Source: Myxococcales bacterium
Lineage (GTDB): Bacteria; Myxococcota_A; Polyangia; Polyangiales; DASUME01
Direction: 5' to 3'
Length of the DNA: 64,000 nt
Assembly: GCA_047601445.1 (NCBI GenBank)
Contig: JASGJH010000001.1
Coordinates: 8,832,001-8,896,000 of the forward strand
Made by a program: the position numbers and the translations under genes. Below the pieces are notes generated by a model that saw only the letters and a program-made list of their open reading frames with translations, was not told the origin of the DNA and ran no database searches. Positions 49,133-57,683 of this stretch are shown here, piece after piece. Numbering within the stretch: position 1 is the first letter of the stretch; each line of letters starts with the position of its first letter.

Positions 49133-50935
49133 CTACCAGCGTCGTCCCGAGCGCAAGAGGACCTCTGCGCTGTCTGCGTCTACGGGTGGGGAAAACAGGT
49201 ACCCCTGCGCGCCTTCGCAGCCGAGCTCTCGCAAGCGCGCTAGCTGCGCTTCGGTTTCCACGCCCTCGGCGATGGCGGGTAGCCCGAGTGCCTTCGACAG
49301 GGTGAGGATGGTGCGCACGATCTCGGCTTGCTGCGAGTCGTCCGTAAGGTGCCGCACGAACGTGAGATCGATCTTCAGGCCGTCGACGCGCGCGCGATGC
49401 AAGTAGCTCAACGACGAGTAACCCGTGCCGAAGTCGTCCAGGCAAACACCCACCCCGCGATCGCGCAGCTCGGTCACCAGGCGCCTTCCGTCTTCGGCCT
49501 CGTCGAGCAACAACGACTCGGTGACTTCGAGCGCCAGACACTGGGGCGCTACGCCGGTGCGATCGAGCGCTTGCACGATGCGCTGAAGGAGCTCTTTGTC
49601 CTCGCGTAGCTGCCGGGTGGAGAGGTTCACGTTGATGCGCAGGGGGCGCTCGCTGGGGACCTGATCCTGCCACTTCTTGAGCTGCGTCAGCGACTCGAAC
49701 AGGATCCAAGCACCGAGCTCGCTGATCAGCCCCGTGTCTTCCGCGAGTGGGATGAAGCTGAGCGGCGACACGAAGCCCAGGGTGGGATGGCGCCAGCGCG
49801 CCAGGGCCTCGAAGCCGGTGATGCTGCCCGTCGCGAGGTCGATCATCGGCTGGTAGTGCACCGTGAGTTGGCCGCGCTCCACGGCCCCGCGCAGGGAGCG
49901 CTCCATGGACGTGCGCTCCACGGCCTTGTCATGCATGTCCGGGTCGAACAGCACCGGCCGGCCCTGGCTCTCCGACTTGCTTTCTCGCGCCGCTTCGCGT
50001 GCTCGGCGCAGGATCTCGTGCGCATCGAACAGGGAGCCATCGCCCAGCACCAGGCCGATGCTTGGGCCCTTCATGAGCTCGCTCCCGCTGGTGGGCATGG
50101 GCGCGAGCAGAGCGCGGCGGATGCGTTCACCCACCGCGAGCGCGTCGGCACTTGCATCGGCGTCCTCCAGCAGGAGCGCGAACTCGTCACTGCCAACTCG
50201 CGCGACGGTGTCGCCCGGGCGCACCGAGCTCTCGAGTCGCGTCGCCACCGACAGCAGCAGCTGGTCGCCGATGCTGCGGCCCAGGCGCTGATTGATGGCC
50301 GTGAAGTCGGCCAAATCCACGAACATCACCGCGAAGCGACGGCTCGGGTTGCGGCCTGCGCGGGCCACCGCGTGGATCACACGGTCGAGGAATAGTCTGG
50401 CGTTGGGGAGGCCGGTCAGGGCGTCGCGGAAAGCCGGCTGCAGGCCACTCTCCACGGGTCCTGGCTGGCTGCTCAGATCGGTCCACCACCCCAGCACCCG
50501 GCCGGCCGGCGAGCTATCGACCGTGTCCCGCCGCGCGTGCACCGACACCCAGCGAAACGAGCCGTCCTCGTGCCTCAAGCGATGCACGCATTCCACCCGC
50601 TCCGTGCGCCCCGCCAAATGGGTATCGAGCAGCTCTCTCAGCGCCCCCAAGTCCTCCTGGTGAACGCGTGCGAACCACGCCTCGGAGGGGCACGGGTTGG
50701 GCGCGCCAGCCAGCAACGGCTGGCTGGCGGGGGTGTAGCGCAGGCGGTCGTTCTCGAGCTCCCACACCCAGGGTCCACTGCCCTCGCGCTGCAGGGGATG
50801 CCGCAGATGCTCTTCGAGGGCGAGCTCCGCCCGGGCCGTGCGGCGGGCGAACAGGCTGGCCAGGATGCCCAGTAGGATTAGCGCCAGCCCGCCACAAGCG
50901 ACCCAGATCACTCCGCCCCCATCGCCCATTCCCAC
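49133..50935 (-). CDS. Membrane-anchored PAS-GGDEF-EAL protein
   Basis: TM; PAS (WFARVHQED); DALTGLPN...ARVGSDEF; FEALARW, EVTES, LDDFGTGYSSL, AEGVET. Confidence 0.93.
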   Translation of the reverse strand: MGMGDGGGVIWVACGGLALILLGILASLFARRTARAELALEEHLRHPLQREGSGPWVWELENDRLRYTPASQPLLAGAPNPCPSEAWFARVHQEDLGALRELLDTHLAGRTERVECVHRLRHEDGSFRWVSVHARRDTVDSSPAGRVLGWWTDLSSQPGPVESGLQPAFRDALTGLPNARLFLDRVIHAVARAGRNPSRRFAVMFVDLADFTAINQRLGRSIGDQLLLSVATRLESSVRPGDTVARVGSDEFALLLEDADASADALAVGERIRRALLAPMPTSGSELMKGPSIGLVLGDGSLFDAHEILRRAREAARESKSESQGRPVLFDPDMHDKAVERTSMERSLRGAVERGQLTVHYQPMIDLATGSITGFEALARWRHPTLGFVSPLSFIPLAEDTGLISELGAWILFESLTQLKKWQDQVPSERPLRINVNLSTRQLREDKELLQRIVQALDRTGVAPQCLALEVTESLLLDEAEDGRRLVTELRDRGVGVCLDDFGTGYSSLSYLHRARVDGLKIDLTFVRHLTDDSQQAEIVRTILTLSKALGLPAIAEGVETEAQLARLRELGCEGAQGYLFSPPVDADSAEVLLRSGRRW

Positions 50936-50988
50936 CGATCATACGCCCCCTGGCGCCGGAGGGTAACCGACTTAGATTTGGGAACGGT

Positions 50989-51657
50989 ATGCGGCGTAGC
51001 GAAAAAGCGGAGCGAATCCGCCTCCAGCTCGACGAGCTGTTCCCCGAGGTGCCGATCCCCCTCGATCATCGCGATCCCTTCACGCTGCTCGTGGCGGTGG
51101 TGCTCTCGGCCCAGACCACCGACGCCCGTGTGAACTTGGTTACTCCTGCGCTGTTTGCCCGTGCTCCCACGCCCGAGGCCATGAGCCATCTGAGCGTCGC
51201 GCAGATCCTGGCGTTCATCCGCACCTGCGGGCTGGCCCCATCCAAGGCCAAGAACCTGTTGGCGCTCTCGCAACTCTTGCTGGAGCGTCACGCGGGAGAG
51301 GTGCCGAGGACCTTCGAGGAGCTCGAGGCGTTGCCCGGGGTCGGACACAAGACGGCGAGCGTGGTGATGTCCCAGGCCTTCGGCGTGCCTGCCTTCCCCA
51401 TCGACACGCACATCCATCGGCTCGCCGAGCGCTGGGGGCTCTCGGACGGCAGCAACGTCGTGAAGACGGAGCGGGATCTCAAGGCGCTCTACGCCGCGGA
51501 GCATTGGAACAAGCTGCACCTGCAGTTCATCTACTTCGGGCGCAGCTATTGCCCCGCCCTGCGCCACGACGCGGTCCGCTGTCCTGTCTGCAGCTGGGCC
51601 GCCCCCTCGCGTCGGCGCGGCGCAGCGAGCAAGCGGCGAGTTGCCGACCGCGCGTGA
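50989..51657 (+). CDS. nth: Endonuclease III
   Basis: LVAVVLSAQTTD, HhH LPGVGHKTA, PIDTHIHR. Confidence 0.93.
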   Translation: MRRSEKAERIRLQLDELFPEVPIPLDHRDPFTLLVAVVLSAQTTDARVNLVTPALFARAPTPEAMSHLSVAQILAFIRTCGLAPSKAKNLLALSQLLLERHAGEVPRTFEELEALPGVGHKTASVVMSQAFGVPAFPIDTHIHRLAERWGLSDGSNVVKTERDLKALYAAEHWNKLHLQFIYFGRSYCPALRHDAVRCPVCSWAAPSRRRGAASKRRVADRA

Positions 51658-51715
51658 GCCGCGCTACATGGTGCGAAGCCAGCGCGAAGCGCGCGTTGGA
51701 ATTGGAGAGCGACAC

Positions 51716-52156
51716 ATGGCAACGCTACGTGAAATGGTGGCCGACCCCGGCAAGAGGCAGCAGGTCGTGGACGACGCCATCAAGGTCATCGACGCGGAGG
51801 TCTCCGACAAGGGAGGGCTCGGGGGCATGGCCATCAAGGCGGCCTACTCGATGGCGAAGGGAGTCGCGCCCGGCATCATCCAGAAGGTGCTGAACAACAT
51901 GCTCGACGACCTGCTCGGCGCGCTGCAGCCCTACTTCGACGAGTCCAAGGCCAAGAAAGCCGACTTCAAGAATCACGTGGTGGCCAAGGGATCCGACGTC
52001 GCCAACTCGCTCTTGGCGGTCACCGACGCCCGCGCCTCCAGGGCCTCTGGCGGGGCGCTCAAGAAGGGCTATGAGAAGTTGCGCCCGACGGCCCAGAAGC
52101 ACGTGGAGCAGGCCTTGCCGCGGCTGGCCGATCTCGTCACCAAGCACGCCAACTGA
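51716..52156 (+). CDS. Conserved hypothetical protein (DUF6918-like)
   Basis: DAEVSDKGGLGGMAIKAAY...LLAVTDAR...YEKLRP.A..HVEQALPRL; GGAG RBS. Confidence 0.65.
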   Translation: MATLREMVADPGKRQQVVDDAIKVIDAEVSDKGGLGGMAIKAAYSMAKGVAPGIIQKVLNNMLDDLLGALQPYFDESKAKKADFKNHVVAKGSDVANSLLAVTDARASRASGGALKKGYEKLRPTAQKHVEQALPRLADLVTKHAN

Positions 52157-52181
52157 GGCGCTGCCACGAGCCTGCCGGAGT

Positions 52182-52391
52182 GCACTTCGTGAGCGAAGCG
52201 AAACTCGCGCAGGGACCCGGCGCTGTGAGCGAAAGCGAACCTCGCGGTGGGGTGGGACCCGGCGCAGCTTCGCTGCGACGGGCGGGGAGGTCGCGTGACC
52301 TCCCCGTGCAACAGCTGCGACGGGCGGGGAGGTCGCGTGACCTCCCCGTGCAACAGCTGCGACGGCGGGGAGGTCGCGTGACCTCCCCGTG
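52182..52391 (+). repeat. Dispersed structured repeat, copy 4, with the terminal hairpin triplicated at 42-bp period
   Basis: Units start at 52272, 52314 and 52356 (GCTGCGACGGGCGGGGAGGTCGCGTGACCTCCCCGTG); identical linkers. Confidence 0.92.
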
Positions 52392-52392
52392 A

Positions 52393-52965
52393 CTAAGTCC
52401 AGTCGAGTACGTAGGTGAGCACGTTGTTGTGCATCCACGGGCGCTCTTCGAGGCGCACGGACGGTGCCTTGCCACCCGCGCTCTCCACCACCTCGAGTGA
52501 CCAGCCCATGATGTTGTGCCCCACGCAGGCCGACATATCCGGGAAGCCCGCCAGGTGAATCCGCGCGCCCTTGCGCTCCGGGTTCGCCTCATCTGCGGGC
52601 AACTCGGTCACGGTGATCTCGCCGAAGTTGAAGAGCTCGCGCCAGCGACTGCCCATGTTGTGCAGGGACTCGAGGGGCTTGCCCGGGAGGAACACGCGCT
52701 CGGGTTGCTCGTTGATCAGCGCGCGCGCCGAGGCGCGTCCCATGTTCTGCGCAGCCGCCTCGCTGCCGTCGAACACATAGCGATGCACGATTTGCAGGAG
52801 GCTCTCGAAGACCTGCAGCGAGTACCAGGTAGTCGGAGACACCCGTTTGCGCATCAGGTCCTGTTCCCAGGGGCCGAACTCCGGCAATTGATGGGTGCGT
52901 CGGTGGGCTCGCAATAGCCGCACCACGCCCACCAGATTCGTCCCCCGGACCAGCCGCTCCTTCAT
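52393..52965 (-). CDS. Hypothetical protein (myxobacterial DUF2378/V4R-like ligand-binding fold, tentative)
   Basis: VRGT..., WY, MGRASA, FNFG, GW...VES.GG pattern and terminal W; family call is weak. Confidence 0.5.
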   Translation of the reverse strand: MKERLVRGTNLVGVVRLLRAHRRTHQLPEFGPWEQDLMRKRVSPTTWYSLQVFESLLQIVHRYVFDGSEAAAQNMGRASARALINEQPERVFLPGKPLESLHNMGSRWRELFNFGEITVTELPADEANPERKGARIHLAGFPDMSACVGHNIMGWSLEVVESAGGKAPSVRLEERPWMHNNVLTYVLDWT

Positions 52966-52997
52966 CGTGCGCTCATATCATGCGAAAGGCAGCCTGC

Positions 52998-54254
52998 TCA
53001 ACTCGACGACCCCGCGTGCGCGGGCAGGTTCGGGCCGAGCGAGAAGCGCCGCTCCTCGAGGCCGTAGGCCTTGGGGTTCAGCTCCAGCACCGTGTGCAGC
53101 GGGATGCTCACGTGCGGAATCTCCTCGGGTTCTCGGCCCAGAAGATAGCCGTAGATGGCTCGTAGCACCGCTTGATGGCTGATCACCAGCACTGGGCGTT
53201 GCTGGCGCTCCAGCTCGAGCACGACCGGTTCCACCCGTTGGATCACGTCCATGTAGCTCTCGCCGCGTGGGTAGCGATAGCCGAGCTTGTCGCGCGCGCG
53301 CGCTTTCCAGTCGTCGGGGAAGTGCTCCTTGATCTCCTGGTACGTCATGCCGTCGCAGACGCCCGCTTCGATTTCGTTGAGCGCTCGCCACTGCAAGGTC
53401 TGGCGGCCCAGGATCTCGGCGGTCTCGTGGGTTCGCACCAGCGTGCTCGTCCACACCTCCACGCGGCCGTGGGGCGCGATGCGCTCGTCGTAGAAGAGCT
53501 TGAGGTTCTTGGCGTACTCGCGGCCGAGCTCGGAAAGCTGCGTGTTGCCACCGATGCGTTCCACCACGTTGAACTCGGCTTGACCGTGACGGGTGAGCCA
53601 GATGGGGCGCGGCACGTTGTGCAGGTTCACCAGGAACGACACCAGGCGCGAGGGCAGATAGCCCGTGATCTGGTTGACGATCACCTGTCGGCCCACGTCG
53701 ATCAGTTTGATGTAGCTGCCTTCGCTCTCGTCCACCGGCTGGTAGACCTTGGCGTAGTGCTCGATGCGGGCGCGGAAGTCGGCCACCGCCAGATCCGGAT
53801 CGATGCCGGCGTAGTCGGGCGAGTCGAGCTTGGTGGCGCGCACGTTGGCTTCCACGGTGGCTTCGTCGCACAACGACTCCACGAAGATGACGTTCATGCC
53901 TTCGCGCTCGCAGCGCTCCTGGATCAGGCGTCGGCGCTCGCGCGTGCTGTTGGTGGCGTCGTAGATGGCGACCTCGCCGCCGCGCTGGAACCAGCTCACC
54001 ATGTCGTCGAGGGCCATCAGCGCCACGCGGGTACGCTCGCGCACGCCCTCGGGGTTGAGCGGATCGAAGAAGTCGTGGCTGCGCTGGCTGCCCAGGTGCT
54101 CGCGCCGATAGTTGCCCACGTTGAAGAGGCGGGTCGGGTGCCCGAGCCAGTTGAGGTAGCGCGTGATCTTGCGCGCCACGTAGGTCTTGCCGCGAGCCGG
54201 CAGGCCCACCATCACGATGGCGTGGGTGGGGTTGTCGCCGTGAAGGACTGCCAT
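52998..54254 (-). CDS. Bifunctional 6-phosphofructo-2-kinase/fructose-2,6-bisphosphatase (PFKFB-like)
   Basis: VMVGLPARGKT, FNVGNYRR, DATNSTRERR, SPDY; His-phosphatase RHG, LNEIEAGVCDGMTY, YRYPRGESY, ELERQ, SHQAVLR. Confidence 0.93.
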   Translation of the reverse strand: MAVLHGDNPTHAIVMVGLPARGKTYVARKITRYLNWLGHPTRLFNVGNYRREHLGSQRSHDFFDPLNPEGVRERTRVALMALDDMVSWFQRGGEVAIYDATNSTRERRRLIQERCEREGMNVIFVESLCDEATVEANVRATKLDSPDYAGIDPDLAVADFRARIEHYAKVYQPVDESEGSYIKLIDVGRQVIVNQITGYLPSRLVSFLVNLHNVPRPIWLTRHGQAEFNVVERIGGNTQLSELGREYAKNLKLFYDERIAPHGRVEVWTSTLVRTHETAEILGRQTLQWRALNEIEAGVCDGMTYQEIKEHFPDDWKARARDKLGYRYPRGESYMDVIQRVEPVVLELERQQRPVLVISHQAVLRAIYGYLLGREPEEIPHVSIPLHTVLELNPKAYGLEERRFSLGPNLPAHAGSSS

Positions 54255-54403
54255 GCTCGAAGGATAGGAGGGAGAAACGCCGCGCGCACCTTGGGGGCGA
54301 GCGGGCGAGGGGGGCGTCGGAGTGAATCGGGTAGGGCGGTGTAACCATCGGCGTGACGCGGAACGGCTGACCTCGCACGATCCACGTCAGACGGCCCCTT
54401 CAA

Positions 54404-55441
54404 TCAAAGCCCTGCATGAGGCCGCTCGAGCGTCGAGAGGTGTTCGATCACGAGCTCGCCCATGCTGCGGCAGCGGCGAAAGCTCGCTAGCCCATAGTGC
54501 TCGGCCATCTCTTCGGCGAGCTGGTTCACATGCTCGGCCGGCGCAATGTCGTCCTGGGCCATCACCGACAGCAGATCCTCGAGCCGCCCGCCCGAGGACT
54601 TCACGCGGCGGCGGATCAAGGAGCGCTCCTCCAGCTGATACTGCCGCACCGTCTCGCGCGACATGCACTTGATGCCGAGGAAGATGATGGGATTGTTCTG
54701 CTTGAAGTACTGGGGCAAGTACACCTGGCGCTTGCCCTCGTAGCTCTGCTGGTCGAAGTCGATGGCCCGCAGGCGATAGGTGGTCTCCTCGAAGTCGGGC
54801 GTGATGTCGATCACGAAGTTGGCCGAGTGCATGTCGCCGAGCAGGCGCAAGAAACAGCGCTCGTTGAACTTCACGAACTCCTTCGCCAGGCGCACTTCGT
54901 CGAGGTGTCGGTCGCTCAAGTAGCTGCGGATGAACATGTTGCCCGGGATGCCCGAGATGTGCTCCTCCACCAGCGTGTCACGGTCGTATAGGAACGTGAT
55001 CACGTTCGGCGACAACATGTGCTCGAGTTCCAAACCATAGAGGCGCGAGGCATCGGCGCGCTTGACGTAAAAGTAGTCGAAGTTGTCGTTGAGCGTGTTG
55101 ACGATGCGGACCCGAAAGGGCTGCGTGTTGCCGTAGGTGCACAGGTCGACTCGATCGACCACCAGGTGCTCGAAAGCGTCGGTCTCGCCGCCCGTCTTCA
55201 TCTGGGCGTAGATCTGCATCAAGCCGTCGCGGACCTCGCGTTGATCTTGTGCCGAGTACAGCACGCTGACCCACAGCGTGTCGCGGCCCGCCTTGTCGTA
55301 GAGGGGGATGGCCTGCTCGTAGCGCAAGAGGTCGTCGTAGCGCACCGGGAGGCGCACGCTGCGGTCGTACTGGGTCAGGTACGCGGCGAAGGCGGGCCGG
55401 GCGGCATAGATGCGTTTCTTACGCGAAATCAGGTGGGGCAT
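54404..55441 (-). CDS. Conserved hypothetical protein with HipA/PI3K-like kinase motifs
   Basis: YVKR, LLGDMHSANF (DxHxxN) and AIDFDQ. Confidence 0.6.
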   Translation of the reverse strand: MPHLISRKKRIYAARPAFAAYLTQYDRSVRLPVRYDDLLRYEQAIPLYDKAGRDTLWVSVLYSAQDQREVRDGLMQIYAQMKTGGETDAFEHLVVDRVDLCTYGNTQPFRVRIVNTLNDNFDYFYVKRADASRLYGLELEHMLSPNVITFLYDRDTLVEEHISGIPGNMFIRSYLSDRHLDEVRLAKEFVKFNERCFLRLLGDMHSANFVIDITPDFEETTYRLRAIDFDQQSYEGKRQVYLPQYFKQNNPIIFLGIKCMSRETVRQYQLEERSLIRRRVKSSGGRLEDLLSVMAQDDIAPAEHVNQLAEEMAEHYGLASFRRCRSMGELVIEHLSTLERPHAGL

Positions 55442-55469
55442 GGCCAGCGGCTATGGTCTGATGACACGC

Positions 55470-55523
55470 GCGAGCGGGCAAGCCCCTCGCGACGGCCTGG
55501 GGCGAGCGGGCAAGCCCCTCGCG
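55470..55523. repeat. Direct repeat of a 22-bp palindromic unit
   Basis: GCGAGCGGGCAAGCCCCTCGCG at 55470-55491 and 55502-55523. Confidence 0.85.
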
Positions 55524-55551
55524 CCGCCGCGTGCCGCCCCGGGGGGACCCG

Positions 55552-56154
55552 CTACCAGCTCGTGTAGGGCAACTTGTGCCCCACCGTCTCGGCGGCCTGC
55601 TGTCCCTCGATGAGCTGCGCGATGGGGTCCCATTCGCCGCGCACCAGGGCGTCGCGCGCGCTCTGCTTGATGCTGCACGGGTAGCTCTTGCCGCCCGCAC
55701 GCACCTCGAGCTTCTCGAGATCCACGCTGATCTCGAGCTTGGGATCGCGCTCGATGGCGGCAGCCAACTCGGCGATCTCCGCGCGCTTGAGGCTCACGCA
55801 GGGGATGCCCAGCGTGGTGCTGTTGCCGAAGAAGATCTCGGCGAAGCTCTCCGCGACTACGGCGCGGAAGCCGGCCTTGTGGATCGACTGGGGCGCGTGC
55901 TCGCGCGAGCTGCCGCAGCCGAAGTTGCTGCCACTCAGGAGCACCTTGGCGCCCACGAAGCGGGCGTCGTTGAGCGCGTGCTGCTTGGGGGTTCCGTCAC
56001 GCTCGAAGCGTGCGTCGTAGAACAGCTGGCCGCCGAGCGCGTCGAAGGTGACGCACAACAGGAAGCGCGCGGGGATGATCTGGTCGGTGTCGATGTCGTC
56101 ACCCGCCACGTAGGCGCCGGTGCCGCTGACCTGCTTGATCTGTTCGAGTGCCAT
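55552..56154 (-). CDS. leuD: 3-isopropylmalate dehydratase small subunit
   Basis: DIDTDQIIPARFL, NFGCGSSREHA, SFAEIFFGN. Confidence 0.95.
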   Translation of the reverse strand: MALEQIKQVSGTGAYVAGDDIDTDQIIPARFLLCVTFDALGGQLFYDARFERDGTPKQHALNDARFVGAKVLLSGSNFGCGSSREHAPQSIHKAGFRAVVAESFAEIFFGNSTTLGIPCVSLKRAEIAELAAAIERDPKLEISVDLEKLEVRAGGKSYPCSIKQSARDALVRGEWDPIAQLIEGQQAAETVGHKLPYTSW

Positions 56155-56157
56155 GGC

Positions 56158-57585
56158 TCAGGCCTGTCCCTTCTGTTGCTCGATACCGAAGACCTCGCGG
56201 GCGTCGCTCAACTCTCCCCGGATCGCGGCTGCCGCCACCATCACCGGGCTCATCAACACCGTGCGACCGGTGGGGCTGCCCATGCGCCCCTTGAAGTTGC
56301 GGTTCGAAGAGCTCGCGCAGAGCTGGGTTCCCACCAGGCGGTCGGGGTTCATGCCGAGGCACATCGAGCAGCCAGGCTCGCGCCACTCGAAGCCTGCCGC
56401 CTTGAATACTTCGTGCAGACCCTCCTGCTCCGCGGCGGCCTTGACCACCTGCGAGCCCGGTACCACCAGCGCTTTCACGCCGGCCTTCACCTGCTTGCCC
56501 TTCACGAACTTGGCCACCTCGCGCAGATCGCTCAAGCGGCTGTTGGTGCAGCTGCCGATGAAGGTGACGTCGACCTTGGTGCCCTTGATGGGCGTGCCCG
56601 CGGAGAGCTGCATGTACTTGAGCGCATCCGCGATGCCCGCCCGCTCGTTCTCCGGGAAATGCTCGGGCGTCGGCACGGGCTCCTCGATGCTGATGACCTG
56701 ACCCGGGTTCACGCCCCAGGTGAGGCTCGGAGCGATCTCCTCGGCGCGATAGTGCACGTCGTCGTCGTAGACGGCGTCGGCGTCGGACGCGATGGACTTC
56801 CAGTACGCCACGGCGCGCTCCCAGTCCTTCTCCTTGGGCGCGTACGGACGGCCCTTGAGATAGGCGAACGTGATCTCGTCCGGGTTCACGTAGCCAACGC
56901 GCGCGCCGCCCTCGATGGACATGTTGCAGAGCGTCATGCGCTCGTCCATGGACATGCGCTCGATGGTGTCGCCGGCGTACTCATAGGCGAAACCGGTGCC
57001 GCCGTTCACGCCCAGCGTGCGGATCACGTGCAGGATGACGTCCTTGGCGTAGACGCCCGGTCCGAGCTTGCCGGTGACGCGGATGCGCCGGACCTTGAGC
57101 GGCGCCATGGCCAGCGTCTGCGTGCTGAGCACGTCGCGCACCTGGCTCGTGCCGATGCCGAAGGCCACCGCGCCCAGCGCGCCGTGGGTCGAGGTGTGGG
57201 AGTCGCCGCAGCAGATGGTCATGCCCGGTTGGGTCAAGCCCTGCTCGGGACCCACCACGTGCACGATGCCCTGCACGCCGCTGTGCTCGTCGAAGTACTT
57301 GATGCCGAACTGCTTGCAGCTCTCCGCCAGCGCCACGCTCATCTGCTCCGCCAAGTCGTCCTTGAACGGGCGCAGGCGCGTGTCGGTGGGGATGATGTGA
57401 TCGAGCGTGGCGAAGGTGCGCTCCGGATGGGCCACCTTGAGCCCGAGGTCGCGCATCATGCCGAAGGCCTGGGGCGTGGTGACCTCGTGGATCAGGTGCA
57501 GGCCGATGAAGAGCTGGGTCCGCCCGTCGGGCAGCGTGCGCACCGTGTGCGCGTCCCAAACCTTCTGAAACAGACTCTTGCCCAT
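56158..57585 (-). CDS. leuC: 3-isopropylmalate dehydratase large subunit
   Basis: [45 protein letters not shown]. Confidence 0.97.
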   Translation of the reverse strand: MGKSLFQKVWDAHTVRTLPDGRTQLFIGLHLIHEVTTPQAFGMMRDLGLKVAHPERTFATLDHIIPTDTRLRPFKDDLAEQMSVALAESCKQFGIKYFDEHSGVQGIVHVVGPEQGLTQPGMTICCGDSHTSTHGALGAVAFGIGTSQVRDVLSTQTLAMAPLKVRRIRVTGKLGPGVYAKDVILHVIRTLGVNGGTGFAYEYAGDTIERMSMDERMTLCNMSIEGGARVGYVNPDEITFAYLKGRPYAPKEKDWERAVAYWKSIASDADAVYDDDVHYRAEEIAPSLTWGVNPGQVISIEEPVPTPEHFPENERAGIADALKYMQLSAGTPIKGTKVDVTFIGSCTNSRLSDLREVAKFVKGKQVKAGVKALVVPGSQVVKAAAEQEGLHEVFKAAGFEWREPGCSMCLGMNPDRLVGTQLCASSSNRNFKGRMGSPTGRTVLMSPVMVAAAAIRGELSDAREVFGIEQQKGQA

Positions 57586-57683
57586 CCTTCGCCTCCGACG
57601 TCTCGACCGCTAACTCGGTCTCCGAACTCTTTTAGGTCGCAACGATCCATTTATCCAATGAAAGGTTTTTGTATATTCGATTC

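Noticed and set aside
52272..52391. CRISPR array
   Set aside because: The linkers are identical 5-mers rather than unique spacers, no cas genes are present, and the unit belongs to a dispersed repeat family.
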